Assembly: GCF_004010195.1 (NCBI RefSeq) | Contig: NC_057750.1 | Coordinates: 19,688,117-19,752,116 of the forward strand | Length of the DNA: 64,000 nucleotides | From: Chiloscyllium plagiosum | Lineage: Eukaryota | Direction: 5' to 3' | Shown: positions 48,969 through 61,981 of the stretch, one piece after another | Layout: each line of letters starts with the position of its first letter | Numbering within the stretch: position 1 is the first letter of the stretch | Notes under the pieces: generated by a model | Seen by the model: the letters and a program-made list of their open reading frames with translations, nothing else | Database searches by the model: none | What the model was told of the DNA's origin: nothing | Translations under genes and position numbers: made by a program

Positions 48969-50208
48969 TTAACATCCTGACGGTGGTGATCCTTTCACGG
49001 GGCAACTGTGGTCACTCCAGATTATCACTTCCTACCTCGTGGCCATGGCAACAGCTGATCTACTGGTGGCCATGTTTGATCTTATCTTAAGGCAGATTCC
49101 AATCACATATTGGAGACAGTTTTCCTTTCTTTGGTACGTCCCCATTTGTAATATCCATGCTGTCTTGCTTTATGCCAGCACAGATTGTTCTGTGTGGCTC
49201 ACTATAAGTTTCACCTTTGATAGATTTGTGGCGATTTGCTGCCAGAAGCAGAAAATAAGGTATTGCACACAGAAAAACTGCAATTGTTATCATTGGAATA
49301 GTAACCACGTTGAGCTGTTTAAAAAATATTTTCTGATATTTTTTGTTCCGAAGTGTCTACAAATTATCAAATGCTCCGTGGTTCTGCTATGCAAGATGGC
49401 GGGTTCTGTATTCAAAGCTATGGATTGTTGTCGAACTGCTTCATTATATTCTGAATCCTTGTGTACCATTTGCCACGATACTGCTGCTTAATGCCTTGAT
49501 TGTTAGATGTATTTTATTGGCCAGCAGAGCACGCAGAAGAATCCGAAGTGACATCCGTGGAGGAAGTTCCAGAGATCCAGAGTTGGAGAACAGAAGAAAA
49601 TCCATCATTTTATTGTTTGCGACCTCTGGGAATTTCATCTTGTTATGGGCAATATTTAAGTTATTGTGGTTCTGTTCGCCGAGCTGGAAATTTTTGTTGC
49701 AAACGTTTCGTCCCCTGTCTAGGTGACATCTTCAGTGCTTGCGAGCCTCCTGTGAAGCGCTTCTGTGGTGTTTCCTCCGGCATTTATAGTGGCCTGTCCC
49801 TGCCGCTTCCGGTTGTCAGTTTTAGCTGTCCGCTGTAGTGGCCGGTACATTGGGTCCAGGTCGATGTGTTTGTTGATGGAGTTTGTGGATGAGTGCCATG
49901 CTTCTAGGAATTCCCTGGCTGTTCTTTGTTTCGCTTGCCCTATAATGGTAGTGTTGTCCCAGTCAAATTCATGTTGCTTGAATTCATGTTGCTTGAATTA
50001 TAAGTGGCTTCGTATGTTATATTTGGGATATCGGTATATATATTTACCACCTTTTGTGCGAGAGCTCGGATTGATGCTTCAGCTCCCGAGTTGTTGCACA
50101 AACACTTGTATATATGCAGTGACCCAGAATAAATTCAGAATACAGATAATAAATGCATTAACGTATCCTTTTGTTGTAATATTCAATTTCATTAAATTTA
50201 TAAAGTAA
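48969..50208 (+). pseudogene. GPR139-like GPCR pseudogene A, exon 2
   Basis: NILTVVILSRGNCG, AMATADLL, FTFDRFVAICC, ENRRKSIILLF, SCCTNTCIYAVTQ; frameshifts ~49022 and ~49275, TGA ~49335, Penelope insertion 49664-49996. Confidence 0.88.
49664..49996 (-). mobile_element. Penelope terminal fragment inserted in TM6 of GPCR pseudogene A
   Basis: Same sequence as 43057-43340; copy B (62640-62680) is uninterrupted. Confidence 0.9.
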
Positions 50209-52020
50209 TGGAATTTTCTTGCCTGCAAGTATTTTTTGTCTGATTTGCTGATGTATGGTGCATATGGGTGGTTGTGGCACTGCTATTTACACGCTTGCAA
50301 TTTAAATCGGGCTGTTACAGATTCCCATTCCATTCCTGGCCAGTCTTGTCGGAATTTTTTGTCTTCTAACAAGGCATCTCTCAAATTGAACAATATGGAA
50401 ATCTTGCATTCACTTTCTCAGATAGAGGTTACATATTCAAAAACACGATTCTAAAGCAAATTAGAGGCATTATTTATGAAGTCCTGGTCAATCTATATCC
50501 TAGAAATTTAAATCGTGTTTTGTGGGTTAACAGTACAACAACGCCATGCTTCAAATATGTTCCGCTGGATGTGAACCACTGTGACGAAACTTTGGAAGTG
50601 CATAGTGCCATATAGACATTTACCTCCTATGCTCTGTGGAATGTGGTTTCTGCCCACTGTATCACTCTCTCTTCAACTGAAACAGAACTGTTGAGATAAT
50701 TTGACTTCTAATTTAGGAGTCTTAATTTATAATAAGAATTAATCTGGGGGAGTTCTGTAATAATGAAACAGCCATTAGCCTCAGTGTGGCGTTTCCGATG
50801 AGTGGGCCAGCGTGAATATTTTCTGGCTCAGTCACAAAGTTGTCACCTCGATGTTTTATTTACAATTTGCCAGTGACTGGGCGTTTCTTCCACAGCACGA
50901 CTCACAGAATATGTGCACTTTGCCAGCTTCGACTATTCCTGGAAAGTGGTTTAATGCATGAGACCCAGACAAAGCATTGGCAGTTAAAAGGGATAAAAGG
51001 CCAGGTCATCTAGAGTGAACGCCTACATTTGCACACTGACCACTTAACTGCGAATTGTACAGGACTCCTTTGTGAAAATATGGATCGGCTACTGACATTC
51101 AGTTGCACTGAGAGTGTACACTGGCACCAAGATAATGCACATATACTGTCAAAATTACACTGCAGGGTCTCCTTCAGGAATGCTGCAATTGCCTTCAGAT
51201 CTACCATACCATCTTGCTCTCTTGAAGCTATCCATCCTTCTCTCAATTCTTTATCCATCCATCGCAGTTGAAAGTATCCAGTTTCTAGACGTGGCTATAT
51301 TTCTCTCCGAGTCTGAACTGTTTTCCTGCCTGGAGCAATTCAGTCCAAGTCTCTCATTCATCTGAGAAGCTGTTAATGCAGGCTGATAAGTATTATTCCT
51401 CCTTCGCCTTCTTCATTCTCATCATCTATGAACACACATGCTTTCTGGACTTCTCTTTTGTCCCAGTCTGGTGGTGAGGCAAACGTTCGCTCTCGAGTGA
51501 AGTCGAACTGATACCAATACATCTCAGGGTTGTAATCCTCTCTTCTCACTATCTCTTACAGCATGCAAGCATTCTTATATATCCCCACAAGGGGCAACAC
51601 AGTAGTTCTTCTGAGTTGTAAATGGGGGAAAGTGTTGTAACACAAGTATCAGTTCCGGCACCACTGCTCGTCAAAACTTACACTGATCATTCCTACATCA
51701 GCAAAATCACCATTATCCAAACTTTGTGAATGGCAATCACTGATTCCAATGCAAATAGATGTTCAAGGGAACTTGAGCAGAGGACTAGAAGAGAAGGAAT
51801 TCCTCTGATGGAAATTAATGCAGAGAAATGTCCGGTGAGGAATATCATTTTCAAAGAACCTAAAAGAGTGCATGTTCTGATCACATGCACACAGTCACGC
51901 AATTATGTGCAAAGAGAATGGTTTGACAGATGAGAATAGTGGACGATTGATGTTTGTTGCTCACAACGTGACAATGTGACAAGCTGCAGGAACATTGCAA
52001 CCAGACAACAAAGCATGATT

Positions 52021-52310
52021 TAAAAGGTAAAAACAATGACTGCAGATGCTGGAAACCAGAGTCTGGATCAGTGGTGCTGGAAGAGCACAGCAATTCAGGC
52101 AGGATCCGAGGACAGGCAAAATCGACGTTTCGGGCAAAAGGCAGCATCCGAGGACAGCTCTTGCAAGGATGCCTGCCGTGAAGAAGTTTTCCTCCTCTCT
52201 CTACAAGCTCTGCTTTTATTCCTGATGAAGTGCTTTTGCCCGAAACGTCGATTTTGCCTGTCCTCGGATGCTGCCTGAATTGCTGTGCTCTTCCAGCACC
52301 ACTGATCCAG
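52021..52310. mobile_element. Miniature inverted Penelope derivative
   Basis: Arms 52063-52139 and 52234-52310 are reverse complements; CTGATGA...GAAACGTC at ~52222-52249; TSD AACAAAGCATGATT at 52007-52020 and 52311-52324. Confidence 0.9.
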
Positions 52311-52453
52311 AACAAAGCATGATTGCACGCTGTGAGAGAGTGTGAGAATAGAAGCTTGCAACTTTGTGGCATATTGGTATCAGTTCTACTTCACTAGTTG
52401 AAGGAAGTTGCAAGAAAGCACGATAAGTCATTTTGACTGAAAGTTGAGACAAA

Positions 52454-52710
52454 TTAGATTAGATTAGATTAGATTACAGTGTGGAAACAGGCCCTTCGGT
52501 CCAACAAGTCCACACCAACCCGCCGAAGCGAAGCCCACCCATACCCCTACATTTACCCCTTACCTAACACTACGGACAATTTAGCATGGCCAATTCACCT
52601 GACCCTGCACATCTTTGGACTGTGTGAGGAAACCGGAGCACCCGGAGGAAACCCACGCAGACACGGGGAGAATGTGCAAACTCCACACAGTCAGTCGCCT
52701 GAGGCGGGAT
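52454..52710 (-). mobile_element. 5'-truncated HE1-like SINE
   Basis: (TTAGA)n tail and body near-identical to 13186-13430. Confidence 0.85.
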
Positions 52711-53729
52711 TCTGACTTCCTGATTTTTCTCTGCCTAAACGCATGTGTGCAAGATAAGATAATACATGCTGCATTGATACCTTGTGAAGGGTTTGTGTTA
52801 CTTCGTGAAGATTTCGTGTCCCCTTGTGTTTCTAAGCAAGAAATTTCCTCCTGAGGCAATAAAGTGATGATTGTACTGTATTGCAGTCTCTGCTAAATCC
52901 TCTAAAACTGAAGACAGTTAGTTTGTATAGTCAATAGGATACTGCTATTGGACGTTCGATTAATTGAAAGTGTAATAATCATTTTGATTGAAGCATAGTG
53001 AAAACGAAGCACACAGGCAGGCAATGCTTTCAAAATTATGTGTCATGCTGATCCAGATGTAAACAGGAAGTCAAGACAAAATTCTGGAGACAGAGAGCAA
53101 ATTCGTTTCCGGATTGGGGACAGGAGAGAATGATGTATTTGGCTGTGGGTGGAAGGGTCAATTTAGTGGGATTTTTGTAGATGTTGGTCTCGGGAACAGG
53201 ATATCTCGCACATAAGGTCAGGAACCAATTTGAAACCAGAAGGCATTGTGTTTCCTTTACAGGCGGAAACCCGGAAGTCCAGAAAGCAAGTGGGTTCATA
53301 GAAGTTGAGAATGCGGAAGGCGAAGGAAGAATAGTCCTTATCAGCCTGTATTAAGGACTTCTCAGATGAATGATGGACTTCTGAGTCTTCTGACATGAAT
53401 GGCTGCATTGCTCCAGTCAGGAAAAGATTTCAGGCTCGGAGAGAAATGTATCCACGTCTAGTAACTGGAGTATTGCAGGGGGGATTCATAGATTAAAAAA
53501 TGGAGTGATGGATGGATACCATCAAGACCGAAAGACAGCAGAAATATTGCTTCAAACATTGGACTGACCAGGCTACCAGCACTGGAGTTATTTATTGAAT
53601 TCACTGAGCATTTGGAAGCAGTAATTCACACTTGGATAAGGAACTAGCCTCCAGCCTTTTCTTGGAATCAAATCGGAGAGACCCCCCAGTGTGATATGTA
53701 TCTCAGCGCTTCAGCATTTGTCCAGCGTC

Positions 53730-54870
53730 ATGATGCACATCCATATGTGCACTCTTGTGCATATGAAATATCATTAAATCTATTTCAAAGATTCTTCAAA
53801 GACATTAAGTGCAAGAGGCTAACTAGACAGAAGATAGGGCTCTTTACAGATCAAAGAGTTAGTCTTTGTGTTGAACCCTGGGAGATGGGAGAGATACTAA
53901 ATGAATATTTCCCATCAGGCTTTAATGCGGAGTCGAGGGAATACAGAGAAATAATCATTTAATGTTTTAAAAACAGTTAATATCAGTGATTAGGAAGTTT
54001 AGGAGGTCTTAGAGAATATAATGGTGATTTAATCTCCAGGACCTGATGTGGTGCATCTGAGAACATTGTGGGAAGTAAGGGAAGGAATTGCAAGATTCCT
54101 TGCAGAAATATTTATATCATGTATAACTATAGTTGAGGTGCCCAGTGACTGGTGGGTGGCTAACATGGTATCTTTGTTCAAGAAAGGTTGGAAGGAGAAT
54201 CCAGAGAACTCTCAACCTATGAGTCTGCCTCAGTTGGGGGTAAGTTGTTGGAAGTGATTTTAAAAGATAGGATTTCTGGACATTTAGAGAGGCAAAAATG
54301 ATTAAGGATAGTCAGCATGGTTTCATGTGAGAAAAAATATGACTCACAAACTTGGTTGTGTTTTTGAATGAAATAACTAAACAGGTTAATGAGGGCAAAG
54401 AAGTAGACTTCACTTGAACTTTAGCAATGTCTTCAATAAGGGTTCTGCATTGAAGGCTAATTAGTACAGTTGGCTCACATGGCATTCGGATGAGCCTACT
54501 ATTGGATACATAATTGATTTAACAGCAGGTGATAGAGAGTGATGGTGGAGGGTCGCTTTTTGGATTGGAGACCTGTCACCAGTTGTGACCCACAGGGACG
54601 TGTTCAGGGTCCCCTTTTGTTAGTCATTTTTATAAATGATTTGGATGAGAATATAGATGGCATGGTTAGTGAGTTTGTGGACATCACCAAAATTCTGGCA
54701 TAGTAGACAATGAAGAAGGTTTTCTCAGATTCCAAAGGGATGTTGATTAAATGGGTCGACGGGCTGAATAATGGCAGATGCAGTTCAATCTGAATAAATG
54801 TGGGGTATTGAATTTTGATAGAACAAACAAGGGAAAGGCCTGTGCAATTAATGGTCAGGTCTGGGATAAT
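53730..54870 (+). mobile_element. Degenerate CR1 RT fragment
   Basis: EMGEILNEYF, EVPSDW..ANMVSLFKKG, FINDLD motifs. Confidence 0.75.
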
Positions 54871-54879
54871 ACAGATCAA

Positions 54880-55380
54880 ATCAAAATAACAAAAGAAAGG
54901 TGCAGCACAGAAACAGGCCCTTCGGCTCTCCGAGCATGTGCTAATCATTGTGCCTGAAGTACAGTAAAGAACAAAACTTATCCCCTCATTCAGTATCCCT
55001 CTAATCCCTCTTTATTCATTTAACCATTCAGATGCCTCTTAAATGTTGCCAATGTGCTTGCTTCTACAAGCTCGTCTCCCAATATATTCCAGGTCTCTAC
55101 CTCTCTCTGTGTGAAAAACGCCCTCATACATCTCCCTCAGACTTGCCGCCTCTCACCTTGAACCTGTGCCCCCTTGTAATTGAAACTTCAATCCTATCAG
55201 TGTGAAAAAGCCTCTGACTATCCACTCTCATAATTGTGAAGAACTCTATCAGGTCTCCTCTCAGTCATCGTCTTTCCAGTGAAAAGAATCCTCCTCTTTT
55301 TAAACATTCCTCATGGCCAATCCGCTTGAGACCAGGCAACAGCCTGGTGATTCTTCATTGCATTCTCTCCAAAGCTTCCA
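54880..55380 (-). mobile_element. CR1 3' end, opposite orientation
   Basis: Minus strand SLERMQ*RITRLLPG, SLERR.LRGDLIEFF. Confidence 0.7.
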
Positions 55381-56914
55381 CGTGTAGCAGCTGAAATACC
55401 ATTCTGCATTCCTAAAATGAAGTGTCCAGCTGGTGCAGCCACGAAGTAAGGCCGAACTGTGTGACAACACGTATAAGCAGTAAGCATTAGACAGAACTAA
55501 ACACTCCCATAACAGGAGGCTCAGATCAAAATTTTTCTGTCCTGCCACAATAGGCAAGGTATCTCACATTTGCAGTAATGGTCATGTCCCATATTATCAA
55601 TGCAAAATTCAAGGTTTTAGAATTTGAAGCACTTTTCAACCAAATCTGTGGAGAATGAATCCGTCTTGAAATTCTTCTGTGGTTCCAATATTACAAACAC
55701 TCGTCTTCAGCTTGTTAGATTCACTCCACCTGAGTATCAAGAAAGTGCTGAAGGGACTGAGTACTGCAAATTCGAGGAACACTGACAACGTTCTGATAAT
55801 TATCCTGATGTGGTATACACAACAACTGGCTATATCCCTGGACAAGGCCTTTGAACCCAACAACAGCACTGGAACCAATATAGCTGTGTTTAATATGTTG
55901 TCAAAGTCTGCTCTTTGCATAAATGATTAAAAAAATCAAACCCTGCCAAAGGCTGCCCTATCATTGATGATATGATGGAAAAGTTGTGAACAGTACTATT
56001 ATAGAACATAGAACATTACAGTCACAGAACAGGCCCTTTGACTGACCTGTGGAACCAATCCGGAACAACTATTCCATGCTCAATGATATTCAGTGTTTCT
56101 GTCACGGCCACTGATTGAAAATGTAATCTGGTAACAAAATAATCTTAACTGCAGAGTTCAGTTGAGAGTCACTGAGTCCGCACTTGACAAAAATATGAAG
56201 TTCATTAAATCTGGAATCAACTGGAATTGGAGGAAATCTCTCCATTTGTGGCCGTCAAAGCCCACATACAACAAAATATTTTTGGTCCTTCTAGTTCCGA
56301 GATATCACTGTAAAACTATCTTCAATTAATAGCCCAGACCAGAACATGTTCATTGCTCATCAAAGGCCTTTTTTGCCCATCACAAGGTCATAACTGGGGC
56401 TATTTGCTCACTGACTTCCACAAGCCTACAAACCTATGCATCTTCTCCAAGACACTACCCAGGAGTGTGACAGAATTCCATGCTGTGGCTGGGATGAGTA
56501 CACCTTCACCTATATTTATGAATTTTATGCTATTCATTGCAAAGCAGTTGGCTTGATTGGTGCTGCAACTGTAAATGATCACCACCTCCAGCTCTGGTGA
56601 ACAATAGTAACAGTATGTTTCATACACAAGATGAGTGGAAGAAATTCTCCAAGGTTTCTTCTCAGCACATTAAGAGCAGACTAAGTTTCACTTGGAAAGA
56701 CAAGTGCAAGGGGCATGGGAAAATGCTGCCGACAAGATCCCATCCAAGGCAATCACAATCTTGAAGGAGAAATATAATGCCATTTCTTTCTGTCACTGTG
56801 CAATCTTCTGCAAATCCCTGCTTTACAGCTTTGTGGGAGTGTCAATACCAAATTAGCTGCATTGTCTCAAGCCGACAGCTAACAATCTCTGAATAAGACC
56901 CTTTAGGGTTGAGC

Positions 56915-57043
56915 ATTCCTGAAGAAGGGCCTGTGCCCGAAACGTCGAATCTCCTGTTCCCTGGATGCTGCCTGACCTGCTGTGCTGTTCCAGCAATAAA
57001 GTTTCAACTTTGATCTCCAGCATCTGCAGACCTCACTTTCTCC
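56915..57043 (+). mobile_element. ~128-bp hammerhead-plus-tail Penelope derivative
   Basis: ATTC-CTGAAGA-A-GGGC-CTGT-GCCC-GAAAC-GTC-GAAT (56915-56950); flanking direct repeat TTGAGCA at 56909-56915 and 57044-57050. Confidence 0.8.
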
Positions 57044-57129
57044 TTGAGCAATAAACCCTCCCTATTGAATTAATTCACCCATTCTGAATCAACAAAAAGG
57101 CTTGTTTCAGAAATAAAAACTCGACATTT

Positions 57130-57947
57130 TGTTGAAACTTTTCATTTTAAGAAGTTAGCCCAGACCTTAATGTTTCTAGCTGTTTGAAGGCGATTTATGG
57201 TGAATATTCCAGGTGCGACCCAGTTGGTCAAACCACTCAGTTTTAAAGAAAACTGAATTTTTTTACACATGAACAAAATAAAATCGAACTGAGAATAACA
57301 AAATTATTTGAAAACCCAACCGACACATGAACACAGCTTAAAAAAAAGAGCTGGTCTGATTTCCTTCAACATCCCGTAAACACCCCCCACCCCCCGGCAA
57401 AGTGGTAAATTCAAACACAAATTCTTGCAGAAAGGGGATATCAGAGAAAGAGAGGATCAGCAGAAAGCTGTTTCTTTGGGTCCCCAGCTGAACCAAAAAC
57501 CAAACCAGAAAATCCCCTGAACTGGGAGAACTGGCCACTCCCATTTCATTGTTGTTGTTGTGTCGCCATAGCATGGACTGCTCTCTCATTAGAAATAAGC
57601 AGTGGTGATTCAACCTGAGGGCCAACAAACCTCAGGCGAGTGAAGAGGTTGAGAAGGAAGGTCCTTCATGGTAACCTCAAACAGATGATGGAAATTGAAC
57701 CCATGCTGTGGGCATCACACTGTTCTACAGACCATTGATCCAGCCAAACAAGCGAAACCAATTCCCCAGCTCATTGTACAAGTGTTGAAAAAAACCCAAA
57801 ACCTTTTTCTGATTTTTGACTTAGGGAAAATCTGTTTGCCATTATTAAAGTAGCCAATTCAGACATTTCGGCACCTCTGCCTTTATGACCCCTCTCAATA
57901 AACAACCAAGGACAGAATAAACTTGTTAAAGGAACAGCGTAATCACA
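57130..57947 (-). mobile_element. Solo LTR (Gypsy/Gmr1-related) with nested SINE-like fragment
   Basis: Ends TGTTG...ATCACA; ctggccactcccatttcatt is the reverse complement of the motif at 40151-40170 in the Gmr1 LTR. Confidence 0.55.
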
Positions 57948-59342
57948 CATTGGAGAAATCAGACAGGACTGGGAATGTTAACTTTGTTTCTCTCTCCACT
58001 TATCCTGTCAGACGTGCTGATCACACATTGGAGAAATCAGCAAGTCTGACAGAATAAGTGGAGAGAGAAACAAAGTTAACATTCCCAGTCCTGTCTGATT
58101 TTCATTCAAAAGAGACAACAGAGGATATTGTTTATATCACACGAGAGAATAAAAATGGACTGTGAATGTTTGCGGCATTGCTGTGGTGAATATATCAGAT
58201 GATGAATGAGGGTTAATGTTAGATTTAGCTGAGACTTACACGCATGCAGTTAGACCACCATTTGTCAAGGGATTGTCCTGGGAAAGGAACTAGAGAATGA
58301 ATATACTGCATTTCCTTGTGTTAAAGTAGGCACAGTTTGTATTGTATTGCGTCTATGAATAACACAGGTACTTATATTTATACATGTAGCTTCTTGTACA
58401 TATAACTGCCCTTCGACGTTAGCAGAACCAAGAAACTAATTCGGTTTCCAGCAATCTTTCATGCACTCGGGATTATTTAGCAGATTTTCATCATTCTGAA
58501 ATCTCACCCAATATTGGTCAATGCATTTTGAGTTTTTCGGCTGATCTTAACCAACTTCCTTTGTGTCACAAAGATCCAGACATGAACGTTGTTTGAAATA
58601 ATTGAATTCATATCTGATACATGACAACAGTTAAAGTGTTCAGGGCACTTTTTGGTATAAACTCTGAGACAGTCGGTCCTGAAATTGTCAGATGTCCATG
58701 TATTTGAAACTATTCAGAGCAAACTGAACATTTTTGGAGAATTCAAAATAGCATCTTATTGCTCAGTACTGCATTCAACAGATTTATTTGTTGAAATGCT
58801 GTAAGTAACATCACACTCAATGATACGATATCACAAAGCACTGTGCTGCGTTAATCAGTCAAAAATTGAACTCGACATTGTGATGCATAACGTTTCTGTA
58901 ATTCATCAGATCGTGTAGATGATTAAAATTGGAAGATGGTAGAGGAAAAACAAACGAGTGGTGTTCAGTTGGATCTAATGAAGGTGAATATTAATGTTGT
59001 AGCTTCATTGGCTGCACACATTGGGGTAGCACGATTACTGCTTCAGTATTTTGCGGGAGTTAGTCTAGTATCACAGGATGTACATTCAGGTCTCCGATTT
59101 TCCGTTTCTCTGAGCAGTTTTGGACAGCATCCATGCTCGTGATCCTACAACCTGTTTTATATATGTTTGCTGTAATACATTGTAAAGTCAACATGTTTGT
59201 TCGGTGACTGTAATGCATTCCAGTTTCCATGGGCTGGAGCCTTCCTCAGCAGGATAAAATCTCTGTCGCTTCCTGGTAGTTGCACACACTCTCTGGAGTC
59301 CCGACCGATGACTAAAGTGGAGAATCTCCTGATTGTAAAATA

Positions 59343-59433
59343 ATGAACTGGAGTCTAATCTTCCAAATAGAAGATGTTCTTTATAATTCCCAAAAGGTAT
59401 ACTACCCTCTACTCCCCACTATTTCAATTCCAA
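59343..59433 (+). pseudogene. GPR139-like GPCR pseudogene B, exon 1
   Basis: MNWSLIFQIEDVLYNSQKVYYPLLPTISIP + GTAAGC donor; 7 differences in 91 nt from copy A. Confidence 0.75.
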
Positions 59434-61981
59434 GTAAGCCTTTTTATACAATTATCCATGGTATTAACTATATATTGTTGTTATTCTGCCTGCCATTCTA
59501 TGGATGTTATGAAATACATGGTGTGCTGTACCTGCTGTACATGGAGTTTTTAAAATTGGTTTTCATTTAAATTTAAACAGAAATCTTCATATTCAGTTTT
59601 GTCTTTTAAAACTTTCAAAATGTATCACACTTGTGATTGCTTTATCAGTTTGGATTTCTATTTCAATGGAATGCACAGTTTATTGAGATTCAATGAACGT
59701 AGTTTGTCTGTACAGGAAACCTTTGTGTGCTGCAAATTGCTAAAGCCAGTGTTTGGCACTATTAGTTTTCCAGTGCACCAAGCTTCATAACACTTTTTCA
59801 ATTTCCATTATTCAAATATTCACAAGCGACTGTTGAAATGCTTGGTATTAATCAGACACTAATTAAATTGTCTGCAAGCTGAGACAACTATAGAATCTAC
59901 CAGCAATGACGAAGATACTGAATAACCAGATTTTTAAGACTGCTTTCTGAAACTCAATATAAATAGTTTGATGCAGAATCTTTGTAATCTGTTAGTATTT
60001 ACAAAAACAAAAGTTCCACGACTGTCAGAGAATCTGTGGAGAACGTATGTTTTTAGAACAACAATATTACTTTATCTACATTGTGGTGGTTGGAGAAGAT
60101 AACTTACTGTTGCCTTTCTAAATGCAATTAGATGTTAGATATAAATGCAAACTAATCTAGTGGAGCAATAGAAAGAACAGAATTACTATATTGCTAATAT
60201 TACTAATATAACTGTTGGAGTAGCAACAATACTTATATTTCTCACCGGAAATCTGCAAATTTATATTGAACCCATGTAATTTGGAAAATTTTGTAAATAC
60301 GTTGGGCAACGTATTAATCCTTACACATGATGTTTAGTATATTTTCTTTTGCAAACATCATCCTTTGAATATTTGCTAAAATTCTTGGAGGATGCACGTC
60401 ATTGATTCTTCCCAAGTTTACTGTGTGCACAATGCATCCATTGTCTTATTTCTTAGAGTTAATGCTTCAGTATTTCCACAGAGTATTTGGATAAACCCAC
60501 TATCTTCAGAAATAACAGCGTTTCTTTGGAGTTTATGGAAAAACTTTGCATTGTGCTATTATGAACAATCTCTAAGAGTGCTTCAGTATTTGCACCTGAC
60601 ACATAAACTGTTGGTCTTTACAGGGTATTTCTAACTTAATACATCTATTTACATTATATTGCTCAGTGAATTTGACCAGCAATGACAGCAGGTAATTTTC
60701 ATACTTGTGCAATAAATCTCAGGAGAACCTTTACTGTAAAAAATGCGACAGATTAAAGTCGAGGTGAAGACCAAAACATGATGTCCGTTCATTCCATATT
60801 ACAAGTTGTTAATGAACACCTTGCAGTACGTTTCATGTGTCTGAAATAAATGTAACCGACATTATTTGGAGAAACCATTCAACCTAACAAAGTGTGCAGA
60901 GATTAGTATCAGCATTTACACCGATTTGAGCATCTGGATATTTTGTGAAATGTGCAAATACTGCACATTCTCGTGTACAGAATCAAACTTCTCAGCCAAG
61001 TTTTCCTCGATAGGTTGCTGTAAATAGGGACAAGCAGATACAATGAAAGGATTGAATAGAAGCGATGTATTACAAAATATTTTTCTTCTGTTCATTACAT
61101 TTAATTTTGCATTGTTTACCCACAATCTATGCTTCAGTTAAAAGTTGTCTCGAATGGGAAGTCTTTGCATCAGTATAAAATTAACATCCTAAAGTTGGAT
61201 CATAAAGGAAACGCCTTGGTGTGGGAGAAGTTCATGAATTTCTAAGGAATTGGATTGGATTATGGGCTTTAAATACTGAGAAAGCGAAAACAAAACCAAA
61301 AGCTTATTCACAACACTGGGGGGAATTGCTCTGAAAGACACCTAATTCAGTGATGACTGTTATGACAATCAGGTGGCAAAACCTTGGAGATCAGGAAGTT
61401 CTTTGCAAGTGATCAAACACAGGACAAGTAGCAACAGAGCATAGAACCATTTCTTTTATACTGGTAACCAAGGTGATGCTGAAAGAATACTGTCTCAGTA
61501 ATAATAACAAGGCTGACAATGGACAACACAAACAAGAGTACTGCTCTCACATTACAGAGAGAAGGCTGGTTGTGGTTTAACTGCATCTTGGGCATCGGAA
61601 GACGTTGAGAAAGAGGAAGCTTCATTGTCATCACAGTCAGTCCTAGAACTGAAGAAGCACTGTTAGCATCAGTGTGCCATCCCAAACCATCCGTGCACCC
61701 AACTGATCTAACTGACGCCTACAACATGGAGGAGAGAGAGGGATAGTACAGAACTTTTACTCATAGCTTGTAATCATAACCTGAGAAGACAGGCCGAACC
61801 AGTTTCATGGTTCTTTCAAAAAGATAATTATCTTCAGGGTCACAAATATAACAGTGAGATTTGGACTGACTATATCTGTTAAATGTGGTCAAAATGCATC
61901 ATTTCACCAGCTCCTCATCAATCTTCTGAGTCTTGTTTTACTGTTTGAGTGATAATAATCTTTTGCCTCTTTATATGGCAG

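Larger units (their letters stand above)
40431..51720 (+). repeat. Segmental duplication copy A (homologous to 57550-64000)
   Basis: Colinear similarity in non-coding and coding sequence, e.g. 41640-42270 vs 58820-59440 and 50560-51130 vs 63130-63720. Confidence 0.9.
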
